DNA of 32,000 nt from Hyperthermus butylicus DSM 5456 (lineage in GTDB: Archaea; Thermoproteota; Thermoprotei_A; Sulfolobales; Pyrodictiaceae). How positions within the stretch are numbered: position 1 is the stretch's first letter; each line of letters opens with the position of its first letter. A model generated the notes under the pieces. It did no database searches. It was not told the DNA's origin and saw only the letters and a program-made list of their open reading frames with translations. Shown here one piece after another: positions 14,822 through 23,562 of this stretch. The translations under genes were made by a program, and so were the position numbers. The DNA lies in the NCBI RefSeq assembly GCF_000015145.1, contig NC_008818.1:870001-902000 (forward strand), given 5' to 3'.

Positions 14822-15716
14822 TGCTTCCTGTGGGCTCTCCCTCCATCTTCAATGCGGCGTCTACAGTTATGATGGCTGCTATTCTCTGGTGTAGCCACTC
14901 CTCGACAAGCCTTTCAACGGCTTCTCCTGGCCTTCCGACGGTGCTTCCGGGACCCTTAGCTTTCACCACGACTATGTTTCTACCATCCATCTTATGTACC
15001 GAGTATATCGTATCCTTAGCTACCTCTATAGGTCCTGCTATGCGCGGGAGGCTCGTCATGAGTCTGTAGGCTGCTAATGGGCCAGCTGCGTCGCCTATAG
15101 GCACACCCTTAGATATGACTTTTGCGGCGTCATGGTACGTCTTGGCTATCCTCATGAAGAATGGAAGCATCATCCATAGTTGTGCTACGAGGAGAGCATT
15201 ACGTGTCTTAATCCCGGTGAGTAGTATGTGGCGCACATACTTGTATATCAGGTTGAGTGCATTGGCTATTGCTAGGAGCGTAACAATATTCTTTACTTGA
15301 ATATCACTAATTCCCTCGGGCAACCTTGAGGCTACAACCTGCTCTATCCTATCCTCCTCGGTGCGCAGTATTTTTTCAAGCCTCTTAGTTATATCGGTAG
15401 GCTCTATGGATACTGGTTCGACGACGAAGTACTCAATGGTCGTCTCAAGAATATTGTCAACATCTCTTGCTTTTAGCTCCGAAAGCCTCCTCCTGGCTAG
15501 CTGTTTTACATCGTCCCTATACTTCTCTAGTATACGTAGCCTAGCCTCAATTTGACTCCTCCAAATCCTAATCTGTAGTCCCTGTGCTACACCTAGAAAG
15601 GCAAGTATCGAGAGTACTGTTGATATTAGTATGCTTATTGCTATAATCCATGTAGCTAGTGAGGTATCGGAGAAGATGGACGAGGACGTATTAGCTAGTG
15701 GTAGCAGCTCTGCCAC
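14763..15716 (-). CDS. N-terminal part of a split conserved archaeal membrane-protein gene (DUF1512-like)
   Basis: 317 aa with a GTG start and an N-terminal TM helix (LATWIIAISILISTVLSILAFLGV). It ends '...GVAMGDPGPEEDKD*' immediately after a homopolymer run. The family name comes from memory of archaeal ~370-aa DUF1512 proteins. Confidence 0.6.
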   Translation of the reverse strand: MAELLPLANTSSSIFSDTSLATWIIAISILISTVLSILAFLGVAQGLQIRIWRSQIEARLRILEKYRDDVKQLARRRLSELKARDVDNILETTIEYFVVEPVSIEPTDITKRLEKILRTEEDRIEQVVASRLPEGISDIQVKNIVTLLAIANALNLIYKYVRHILLTGIKTRNALLVAQLWMMLPFFMRIAKTYHDAAKVISKGVPIGDAAGPLAAYRLMTSLPRIAGPIEVAKDTIYSVHKMDGRNIVVVKAKGPGSTVGRPGEAVERLVEEWLHQRIAAIITVDAALKMEGEPTGSIAEGTGVAMGDPGPEEDKD

Positions 15717-15885
15717 GAGTATAACCCCTCCAAGGAGATTTCCCAGGCTGTGCTAGGCTTGTGTGCATACCCGGTTCTCGGATGGTGCCAGAAAAACTTG
15801 GCGCAACATAATATTGGTTTCTACTAGGTAGACGTGGTGCCACCACAGCTCCTTCTCCTTTGTTCCTCTGAAGCTGATTACTGTT

Positions 15886-16794
15886 CTACGCTGTTGTGAT
15901 GATTACTTCGCCGTCATCGCGGATTAGTACTGTATGCTCGAATTGTGCTACAATGCCTCTACGCTTCTCGACTAGTATGGGGTACTTTGTTAGAAAGCCC
16001 ATTCTGCTAAGCTTTCTCAGAGACTGACGCAGCTGATCCACGCTCGCTACATCTCTTAGCCAACGTTCGGTGAATGGTAGTGTTTTGAACCTCTTCTTAA
16101 CCTCCTCGAGGATGTTGCGTGTCGTATCGTCAAGTCTACGTTTGAGGTTTGGCTTGGAGAGAGAGTATATTGTCACAAGTTCTCCCTCCTCAACTACGCC
16201 AGCGCCATTGGTGCCAAATGGCTCTATAGCATATACGTGGCTTGGCTGGAAGCGGCCACGAGCAAATGGCTCGTAGATGTTTGGTATGCTTTCGCCAGCA
16301 TGGACACGGTAGCGAGCTATGCTGTGGCCGCCAAGGTTTGCTACGGGCTTAAATCCGTACGAGGATATTATTGTCTCTATTGTCTTGCTTACATCGGAGA
16401 ACTTGGCGCCAGGTTTAACCGTTTTCAGTGCCTTCTCCAGCGCCTCCCTAACAGCTTCAAGGAGCCTAGCGTACTTTCCACCGGTTAAGTCTATGGTTGT
16501 GGCTGTGTCGGCGATGTAGCCGTCTACATGCACACCGACATCTATTTTGACAACAGAGTCTTCGGGTATGGTGGAAGTGTCATCTAGTGTTGGGGTATAG
16601 TGTGCAGCGATATGGCTTACGCCGATGTTACACGGAAATGCTGGCTGGCCGCCAAGTTCGCGGATACGATTTTCCACCCATTCGCAGAATTCTAGCACGC
16701 TTAGTCCAGGCTCTACCCTTCTACTAGCCTCCTCTAACACTTGTCTTGCTATACGGCCCGCTTCAAGATATGCCTTGAGCGCTTCCTCCTCCAC
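15886..16794 (-). CDS. map: Methionine aminopeptidase, type 2 (archaeal)
   Basis: Motifs present: 'HIAAHYTP', 'KIDVGVHVDGYIADTA', 'GHSIARYRVHAG', 'YAIEPFGTNG' and 'AQFEHTVLI' (metal ligands of MetAP2). GTG start. Confidence 0.9.
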   Translation of the reverse strand: MEEEALKAYLEAGRIARQVLEEASRRVEPGLSVLEFCEWVENRIRELGGQPAFPCNIGVSHIAAHYTPTLDDTSTIPEDSVVKIDVGVHVDGYIADTATTIDLTGGKYARLLEAVREALEKALKTVKPGAKFSDVSKTIETIISSYGFKPVANLGGHSIARYRVHAGESIPNIYEPFARGRFQPSHVYAIEPFGTNGAGVVEEGELVTIYSLSKPNLKRRLDDTTRNILEEVKKRFKTLPFTERWLRDVASVDQLRQSLRKLSRMGFLTKYPILVEKRRGIVAQFEHTVLIRDDGEVIITTA

Positions 16795-16939
16795 AGCATG
16801 CCCCCACTTAATGGCTTGGATTGGCAGGGTTTAGTGCTCTACTAACATCATAGTATATGACATGTGGCCTCGGGGGTAGGGGCTAAGAGTTTTGGAGCTA
16901 CTCGGTGTAATATCTGGACTGTAGCCGGAGGTGTGTAGC

Positions 16940-17629
16940 ATGGGGTACGTTAGGTGGCTTGGCCACGCAGCCTTTGAGATAAGCATCGACGGCTACACTG
17001 TCCTCATCGACCCCTGGCTTACAAATCCATTATCGCCGGTAAAGGTTGAGGACTACCGCGACAAGGTAGACCTCATCATAGTAACCCACGACCATGGTGA
17101 CCATCTTGGCGAGAGCGTTGAACTGCTAAGGATTAACCGGCGTGCAAGGTTTGTAGCCGTATATGAGCTTGCAAACTATGTTGCTGAACAGCTTGGCGGT
17201 GCAACTGATAGAGTTATAGGGGCTAATATCGGTGGCCCAGTCCGCATCCCCGACATAAACCTTAAGGTCATGTTCTTCCCGGCAACGCACAGCTCTAGCC
17301 GTGGAACACCCACGGGTGTACTGATAGTAGGCAAGGAGACGAGCATATACCACGCAGGCGATACCGGCCTTGCAGCAGAGATGGCGCTTGTGGGCGAACT
17401 CTACAGCCCCAAAATAGCACTAGTGCCGATAGGTGGCCACTTCACGATGGATGCCTATCAGGCTGCTAAGGCTATAGAAATGCTTAGAGCCAAGGTGGTA
17501 ATCCCGATGCACTACAACACGTTCCCAGTAATCAGGGCCGACCCAGAAGAGCTAAAGAGGTATGTGGATGAGTTCAAGCTGGATGCCAAGGTTGTAGTGC
17601 TCAAGCCTGGCGAGCTATACCAGTTCTAG
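16940..17629 (+). CDS. UPF0173-type metal-dependent hydrolase (metallo-beta-lactamase fold)
   Basis: 'VRWLGHAAFEISIDGYTVLIDPW' and 'IIVTHDHGDHLGE' (HxHxDH motif). The ORF opens at GTG 16931, but ATG 16940 is more likely the start. Confidence 0.8.
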   Translation: MGYVRWLGHAAFEISIDGYTVLIDPWLTNPLSPVKVEDYRDKVDLIIVTHDHGDHLGESVELLRINRRARFVAVYELANYVAEQLGGATDRVIGANIGGPVRIPDINLKVMFFPATHSSSRGTPTGVLIVGKETSIYHAGDTGLAAEMALVGELYSPKIALVPIGGHFTMDAYQAAKAIEMLRAKVVIPMHYNTFPVIRADPEELKRYVDEFKLDAKVVVLKPGELYQF

Positions 17630-17660
17630 CCTATACAGTCACAACAATACCCCATAAGTC

Positions 17661-17668
17661 TATTTTTA
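17661..17668 (+). promoter_or_regulatory. TATA box (TATTTTTA) upstream of pheS
   Basis: This is the only A/T block in the spacer. It is centred about 43 nt upstream of the TTG start at 17707. Confidence 0.4.
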
Positions 17669-17706
17669 CGTCTAACCAACCTCCTCCCGCCAAGGGCTTC
17701 AGTATC

Positions 17707-19203
17707 TTGCAAGGCAAGATACCGGTTTCAGAATCTGAACATAAGCTCCTAGAGCTACTAGTCGGCCGCGTCGAGGCTGGTAGAGAATATGACACTGAGA
17801 CCTTGGCGGAGCTGGCTGGGCTTGATAGGAGCAAGGTAGAGTCACTGGTTAGGCTCCTAGCAGAGAAGGGGCTTGTTAGGCTCCGCGAGGAAACTATGGA
17901 GAAGTACGTTGCGACCGAGGAGGCTAAGCGTTATCTACGCGAAGGGTTTCCCGAGGAGAAGCTTGTAAAGATCCTAGCTGGGGCCGGCGGCGAGGCGAGG
18001 CTGGATGAACTCCGTAACGCTATGGGCCAGGAACTCTCCATAGCGCTCGCTAATGCTACGAGGAAGGGTTGGGTTGAGGTTCGCGGTGGCAGGGTTAGGC
18101 TTGTAGTGGACCCCTCTAAGGCTGTTGCCGAGGAGAGGAAGCTCCTAGAAAAGCTTGAGATTGGAGAGCGGCTTCAGCCCAGTGAGTTTCGCCTACTGCG
18201 ACGGAGAAGGTTAGTGGAACGCCTAGCTGAAAGGAGAACTATCGTTGTGTTCCCAGAGGCTCCAGAGAAGCTGCTAGAGCAGGTCGTCGTTGAGGTTGGT
18301 GCACTTACACGTGACCTCATAGCTTCGGGGCGTTGGAGAACGGTTCGCCTAAGGAGATACAATGTAGCGGCTGAGCCCCCCAGGCGGCGGCTCGGCAGGC
18401 TAAACTTCTTCGTAGAGTTCATAGAGTATCTGCGCGACGTAATGAAGGAGATGGGATTCCAAGAGGTTGATGATGCTCCAGTGGAGCTAGAGTTCTGGAA
18501 CTATGACGTGTTGTACCAGCCGCAGTATCATCCTGCGAGAAGCCCTACCGACACCTTCTACTTGAGCAACCCCTCCCGGGGCGAGCTGCCGAGCGAGCTT
18601 ACTCCAAGGGTGGCTGAAGCGCATGAAAAGGGGCTTGCGGGCAGCAGGGGCTGGAGGTACCGGTGGAGTCAGGAGCTTGCTGCGAGGCTGATACTGCGTA
18701 GCCACACCACAGCCGTGTCAGCGCGTGTGCTAGCCTCCAAGCCTAGGCCGCCATTCCGCTTCTTCACCATAGGCCGCGTCTACCGTGTAGAGACGATTGA
18801 CCCAAGGCATTTGCCTGAGTTCCACCAGCTGGATGGTATAGCGAGCGAGGACGGTGTTAGCCTACGCTGGCTACTTGGCCTCCTAGCAGAATTCCTGGAG
18901 CGTATCGGGATAAGGGAATACAAGTTTAGGCCAGCCTACTTTCCCTTTACCGAGCCCTCAGTCGAGGCCTACGTGAGGGTTCGCGATCAGTGGCTTGAGG
19001 TTCTAGGTGCAGGACTGTTTAGGCCGGAAATGTTGGCAGCTCTAGGCATAGACTATCCTGTAGCAGCATGGGGCATGGGTATTGAGAGGCTTGCAATGGC
19101 ACTCTACGACCTCACAGATATTAGGCAGCTGTACTCGCACGATGTCGAATTTCTCGAGAATATACCTGTAAGGTGGTGGATCTATGCCAGTTCTCAGATT
19201 TAA
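17707..19203 (+). CDS. pheS: Phenylalanyl-tRNA synthetase alpha subunit
   Basis: Class II motifs: 'YQPQYHPARSPTDTFYL', 'RSHTTAVSARVL', 'FTIGRVYRVETIDPRHLPEFHQLDGI' and 'FRPAYFPFTEPSVEAYV...GAGLFRPEML'. It has the long archaeal/eukaryal-type N-terminal domain. TTG start. Confidence 0.9.
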   Translation: MQGKIPVSESEHKLLELLVGRVEAGREYDTETLAELAGLDRSKVESLVRLLAEKGLVRLREETMEKYVATEEAKRYLREGFPEEKLVKILAGAGGEARLDELRNAMGQELSIALANATRKGWVEVRGGRVRLVVDPSKAVAEERKLLEKLEIGERLQPSEFRLLRRRRLVERLAERRTIVVFPEAPEKLLEQVVVEVGALTRDLIASGRWRTVRLRRYNVAAEPPRRRLGRLNFFVEFIEYLRDVMKEMGFQEVDDAPVELEFWNYDVLYQPQYHPARSPTDTFYLSNPSRGELPSELTPRVAEAHEKGLAGSRGWRYRWSQELAARLILRSHTTAVSARVLASKPRPPFRFFTIGRVYRVETIDPRHLPEFHQLDGIASEDGVSLRWLLGLLAEFLERIGIREYKFRPAYFPFTEPSVEAYVRVRDQWLEVLGAGLFRPEMLAALGIDYPVAAWGMGIERLAMALYDLTDIRQLYSHDVEFLENIPVRWWIYASSQI

Positions 19204-20854
19204 GCCCGGTAGGGTGGAGGAGGTCATAGGAGTACAGCTCGACCAGGCATTGAAGCTAATGGAGAGGTTAAAGATCGAGGTTGAAATAGACGAGGAAGGT
19301 TACGTGGTAGCAGAGCTAGAGGTAGACCGGCCCGACATGTATAGCCTAGAGGGTATCGGTCGCCAGGTCAAAGGCTTGTTGGGGGTAGAGAGGGGGCTTC
19401 CCCGCTACAACATCGTCGAGACAGACTATAGGATCGTAGCAGATGATGTACCCACGAGACCCTATGTCCTTGGTGCAATAGTATGGGACGTTGATGTTGA
19501 CGAGGACTTCTTAGAGGAGCTAATACAGTTCCAGGAAAAGCTACACGTAAGCCATGGAGATAAGAGGCGTAGGGTCGCAATAGGTCTCCACGATCTCGAC
19601 AAGCTTCCGGGCAAGACTATCCACTACAAGTTCGAGCATGTGGACATGGTGAGGTTTACACCGCTGCACGGCGATAGGGAGATGAGCCTTAGGGAGGTGT
19701 TTAACGAGACACCTCAAGGCAGAGAGTATAGTGGCATAGCTCTTCAGGGCGATAGGCATCCCGTACTCTACGCTAACGGCGAGGTTATCAGTGTGCCACC
19801 AGTGATAAATGCGGAGCTTACAAAGGTTGAGCCTGGAACCCGTCACCTCTTCATTGATGTTACGGGGCCCGAGCTGGGCATTGTAGAGGATATCCTAGCC
19901 ATACTAGCTACAAACCTTGCTGAACGTAGCCGTACAAAGAGGATAGGTCTTGTAAGGGTTGAAGCGCCATGGGGTAATCGTGTAGTACCAGGTCTTGAGC
20001 CTCACCGGTGGCGGCTCAGACTTGCAACTGTTGAGAGAGTCATAGGGTTGAAGCTCTCGGCGAACGAAGTCGCGCAAAAGCTTGAGGCTATGAGGTTTGG
20101 TGTGGTCGAGGTTGGAGGAGATTATGTGGACGTCCTGGTGCCCAGGTTTAGGATAGACATTATGCACGAGGTTGACCTGGCTGAAGAGGTAGCACTAGCA
20201 ATAGGCTTTGATGCCCTCAAACCTGAGAAGCCCAAACTGATGCTGCGTGGCGGTCTGCTACCCGTACGGGCATGGGAACGTGAAGCTAGGAAGCTCCTAG
20301 CAGGCCACGGCTACGTGGAGGTGAAAACCTATACTCTAGTCTCCTGCAGGGAGCAAGAAGCAGTAGGAGGTATACCGGCAGAGAAGCTTGTCAAGATAGC
20401 TAATCCCGTAAGCGTTGAGGCTGACTGTGTGCGGGCAACCATGCTGCCGAATCTCCTGCGTATTGCAGCTTCGAACCAGCATAGAATACCACTACGCATC
20501 TTCGAGTTGGGCGAGGTTGTCGAGGTAACAGGGGAAGGTGACCGTGGCGTGCGCTACGGCAGAAAGCTAGCAATACTATACATGGCGGACAAGGCTGGCT
20601 ACGAAGACATTCAAGCAGTGGTATATAGTATTGTGAGATTAACAAACGACGAAATAAGCGTGATAAAAGAGTATACACATCCACTCTTGATCCAGGGCAG
20701 GACAGCACTAGCCAAGACAAAGCGTGGACTAAGAATAATCATTGGGGAAGTTCGCCCAGAAATCCTAGAGCGTTATGGCATCGCGTACCCGATAGCTGTG
20801 GCTGAAATAGATTACACGGCGCTCGCAGGGGGTGCCGCTGTCCCCCGCCCCTAA
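19184..20854 (+). CDS. pheT: Phenylalanyl-tRNA synthetase beta subunit (archaeal type)
   Basis: 556 aa. The 'MPVLRFKPGRVEEVIG' N-terminus and B3/4-B5 layout are typical of archaeal PheT. A 20-nt overlap with pheS suggests translational coupling. Confidence 0.9.
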   Translation: MPVLRFKPGRVEEVIGVQLDQALKLMERLKIEVEIDEEGYVVAELEVDRPDMYSLEGIGRQVKGLLGVERGLPRYNIVETDYRIVADDVPTRPYVLGAIVWDVDVDEDFLEELIQFQEKLHVSHGDKRRRVAIGLHDLDKLPGKTIHYKFEHVDMVRFTPLHGDREMSLREVFNETPQGREYSGIALQGDRHPVLYANGEVISVPPVINAELTKVEPGTRHLFIDVTGPELGIVEDILAILATNLAERSRTKRIGLVRVEAPWGNRVVPGLEPHRWRLRLATVERVIGLKLSANEVAQKLEAMRFGVVEVGGDYVDVLVPRFRIDIMHEVDLAEEVALAIGFDALKPEKPKLMLRGGLLPVRAWEREARKLLAGHGYVEVKTYTLVSCREQEAVGGIPAEKLVKIANPVSVEADCVRATMLPNLLRIAASNQHRIPLRIFELGEVVEVTGEGDRGVRYGRKLAILYMADKAGYEDIQAVVYSIVRLTNDEISVIKEYTHPLLIQGRTALAKTKRGLRIIIGEVRPEILERYGIAYPIAVAEIDYTALAGGAAVPRP

Positions 20855-21060
20855 CACCCAGCCTCACAGACCCCGCGTGGGGGCCTCCGGCTGGGCTCTT
20901 ATAGGCGGGAGTAACGGGGCGGCGCGGCACCCCCAGACAGTTAGCTGCATGTTTAGGATTGCACACCCTCCCCGGATATATTTATCAGAGCCTATTTTCA
21001 GGGCTGCAACCGAGCAGCTCTCTCAGCAAAGGTCACAATTACGGCCTAGGTGTAGGGTCT

Positions 21061-22149
21061 ATGGATGTGGAGGAAAGGCTAAAGCTCATCACGAGGAACA
21101 CTGTTGAAGTTGTAACAGTTGAAGAGCTAAGGGAGAAGCTTGAGTCTGGCGAGAAGCTAAAGGGTTACATAGGCTTCGAGCCCAGCGGACTCTTCCACAT
21201 AGGCTGGCTAGTATGGGCCTTTAAGGTAAAAGACATGGTTGAAGCAGGTATCGACTTCTACCTGCTGGCAGCCACCTGGCACGCTTGGATCAACGACAAG
21301 TTTGGAGGTAATATGGAGCTGATAAGAAAAGCTGCTCGTCACGTAGTAGATGTTCTCGAAGCAATAGGTGTTGAGAGGTCAAAAGTAAAAGTCGTCGATG
21401 CCGAGGATCTCGTATCCGATAAGGAGTACTGGGCTATACTGCTAAAGGTTGCAAAGTCTAACACTCTTGCACGTATGAAGCGAGCGCTAACCATAATGGG
21501 TAGGCGTGCTGAGGAGGCTGAGCTAGACTTCTCAAAGCTAATCTACCCAGCAATGCAGGTTACCGACATCTTCTACCTTGACCTGGACATAGCGTTGGGT
21601 GGTATAGACCAGAGAAAGGCTCACATGCTTGCAAGAGACACAGCGGAGAAGCTGGGCAGGAAGAAGGTCATAGCGGTACATACACCACTCATAACGAGCC
21701 TACAGGGCCTGGGCAGGATGAATCCCGACCAGGTAGACGAGGAGACTCATGCTGTCGAGTTTAAGATGAGTAAGTCTAAGCCAGAGACAGCACTCTTTGT
21801 CTACGATCCGCCCGAAGAGATAGAGAGAAAGATACTGAGAGCATATTGTCCAGCTCGCATAGTGAGGTACAATCCGATAATAGAGATAAACAAGTACCTC
21901 CTCTTCAGCAGGCCAGGATTCAAGCTGGTGGTTGAGAGGCCTGAGAAGTACGGCGGGACGGTAGTGATTGAGAGCTATGAGGAACTCGAGAAGCTCTACG
22001 TGGAGGGCAAGCTCCACCCACTAGACCTCAAGAAGGCTACAGCTAAGGCATTGATAGAGCTACTTGAACCCGTGAGACGGTACTTTGAGTCCAATCGGGA
22101 GGCGCGCGAACTACTAGAAGAACTAAAAAAGGCTACGGTGACGAGGTAA
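21061..22149 (+). CDS. tyrS: Tyrosyl-tRNA synthetase
   Basis: 'GFEPSGLFHIGW', 'LLAATWHAWINDK', 'KMSKSKPETALFVYDPPEEIERKILRAYCP'. The ORF opens at 20959, but conserved sequence begins at ATG 21061 (MDVEERLKLITRN...), giving 362 aa. Confidence 0.9.
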   Translation: MDVEERLKLITRNTVEVVTVEELREKLESGEKLKGYIGFEPSGLFHIGWLVWAFKVKDMVEAGIDFYLLAATWHAWINDKFGGNMELIRKAARHVVDVLEAIGVERSKVKVVDAEDLVSDKEYWAILLKVAKSNTLARMKRALTIMGRRAEEAELDFSKLIYPAMQVTDIFYLDLDIALGGIDQRKAHMLARDTAEKLGRKKVIAVHTPLITSLQGLGRMNPDQVDEETHAVEFKMSKSKPETALFVYDPPEEIERKILRAYCPARIVRYNPIIEINKYLLFSRPGFKLVVERPEKYGGTVVIESYEELEKLYVEGKLHPLDLKKATAKALIELLEPVRRYFESNREARELLEELKKATVTR

Positions 22150-22267
22150 CGAAGTTGGTAGGATAGAGCCCTAAACTTAGGCTGGGCTGTGCAGTACTGG
22201 AGGCAGATATGCTGGCTAGCTATACTCAACAGTCTTTGACTGGGAAGCGTAAGGTGCTGTAGGGAAG

Positions 22268-23557
22268 GTGACAGCGTTGAAGTACTTGATAAAGGCTAAG
22301 ATAGAGGTTGAGGGGCTCGTAGATAGGCATGACATTATAGGTGCTATTTTCGGTCAGACAGAGAACCTATTCGGCGAAGAGTTTGACCTCAGAAAGCTAC
22401 AAGATAGAGGACGTATTGGCAGAGTGCAGGTAGATATAAAACACGAGGGTACACGCACGATTGGAGAGGTTGTTGTTCCCTCAAACCTTGATAGAGTTGA
22501 GACTGCACTAGTAGCAGCAATGTTGGAGTCGGTCGAGAAGGTTGGTCCCTACAAGGCGCAGATAAGGGTCTACGACATAGTTGATGTTAGAGCGCAGAAG
22601 ATTAAACGTATCGTTGAGAGGGCAAAGGAGATCCTTAGGATATGGTCGCTGGAAAAGACTCCAGATCTGCGCGAGGTTCTGCGTGAGATTAGCGAGGCTG
22701 TCAAGCGTGCAGAGGTCATAGAGTATGGGCCGGAAAGACTCCCGGCAGGTCCGGATGTGGATAAAAGCGATGAGATAATAATTGTCGAGGGGCGTGCTGA
22801 CGTAATTAACTTGTTGAGGTATGGCTATAGAAACGTTATCGCCCTTGAGGGTGCTAGGGGCAAGATACCAGAGACTATAATCAAGCTCGCTAAGACGAAG
22901 AAAGCCATAGCATTCGTCGACGGCGACCATGGTGGCGACTTGATTCTCTGGGAGCTGTTAAAGGTTGCAGACATAGACTATGTTGCTAAGGCTCCGCCGG
23001 GTAAAGAGGTTGAGGAGCTAACGGGCAAGGAGATTGCTAGGGCTCTCAGAAACCTCATACCAGCCAGGGAGTATCTGCAGATCCTTGAGAGAAAGTTCAA
23101 ACCAAAGCCAGCTGTAGAGGAGAGACCTCAGCCCCCGCAGCCACAGCCGCCAGCTGTGCAGCCAGTACAGCCTACTCTGCAGCCGACAGTAACTACTGTC
23201 GAGGTGGTGCGTGAGGCTAAGCCTGAGAAGCCTACGGTGCAAGTTGAGGTTGAGACCTTTGAGATACCACCTAGCGTTATAGAGGAGGTTAAGAAACTGA
23301 GTGGAACGCTTGAAGCAGTACTATATGATAGCAAGTGGAATCCTATAGAGAGAGTGTCAGTGCGTGACGTCTACAACGTACTAGAGAAGATGGAGCCGGG
23401 TAAGGTCTATGCTGTAGCCTATGATGGAATTGTTACACAGCGTATGCTGGATATTGCTGCGGAGAAGCAAGTGAGGCTTCTCATAGCTAACAGGATAGGC
23501 AATATTGAGAAGAGGCCGCCCAAGGTTGGGATACTAACATTTAGCGACCTAACATGA
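22268..23557 (+). CDS. dnaG: Archaeal DnaG-type primase (TOPRIM; exosome-associated DnaG)
   Basis: Near-collinear with Sulfolobus DnaG as I recall it: 'DIIGAIFGQTENLFGEEFDLRKLQDRGRIGR', TOPRIM 'IIIVEGRADVINLLRYGYRNVIALEG' and 'FVDGDHGGDLI'. GTG start. Confidence 0.85.
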   Translation: MTALKYLIKAKIEVEGLVDRHDIIGAIFGQTENLFGEEFDLRKLQDRGRIGRVQVDIKHEGTRTIGEVVVPSNLDRVETALVAAMLESVEKVGPYKAQIRVYDIVDVRAQKIKRIVERAKEILRIWSLEKTPDLREVLREISEAVKRAEVIEYGPERLPAGPDVDKSDEIIIVEGRADVINLLRYGYRNVIALEGARGKIPETIIKLAKTKKAIAFVDGDHGGDLILWELLKVADIDYVAKAPPGKEVEELTGKEIARALRNLIPAREYLQILERKFKPKPAVEERPQPPQPQPPAVQPVQPTLQPTVTTVEVVREAKPEKPTVQVEVETFEIPPSVIEEVKKLSGTLEAVLYDSKWNPIERVSVRDVYNVLEKMEPGKVYAVAYDGIVTQRMLDIAAEKQVRLLIANRIGNIEKRPPKVGILTFSDLT

Positions 23558-23562
23558 TGCCA

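Noticed and set aside
20959-21060. N-terminal 34-codon extension of the tyrS ORF (MHTLPGYIYQSLFSG...).
   Set aside because: The extension covers the TATA-like box and is not TyrRS-like. Conserved sequence starts at ATG 21061, which gives the usual ~360-aa archaeal TyrRS.
23118-23190. Pro/Gln-rich low-complexity tract in DnaG (ERPQPPQPQPPAVQPVQPTLQPT) with reiterated CAGCC units.
   Set aside because: It coincides with the variable linker between the TOPRIM core and the C-terminal domain, which also differs in Sulfolobus DnaG as I recall it. It is ordinary linker variability rather than an insertion element.
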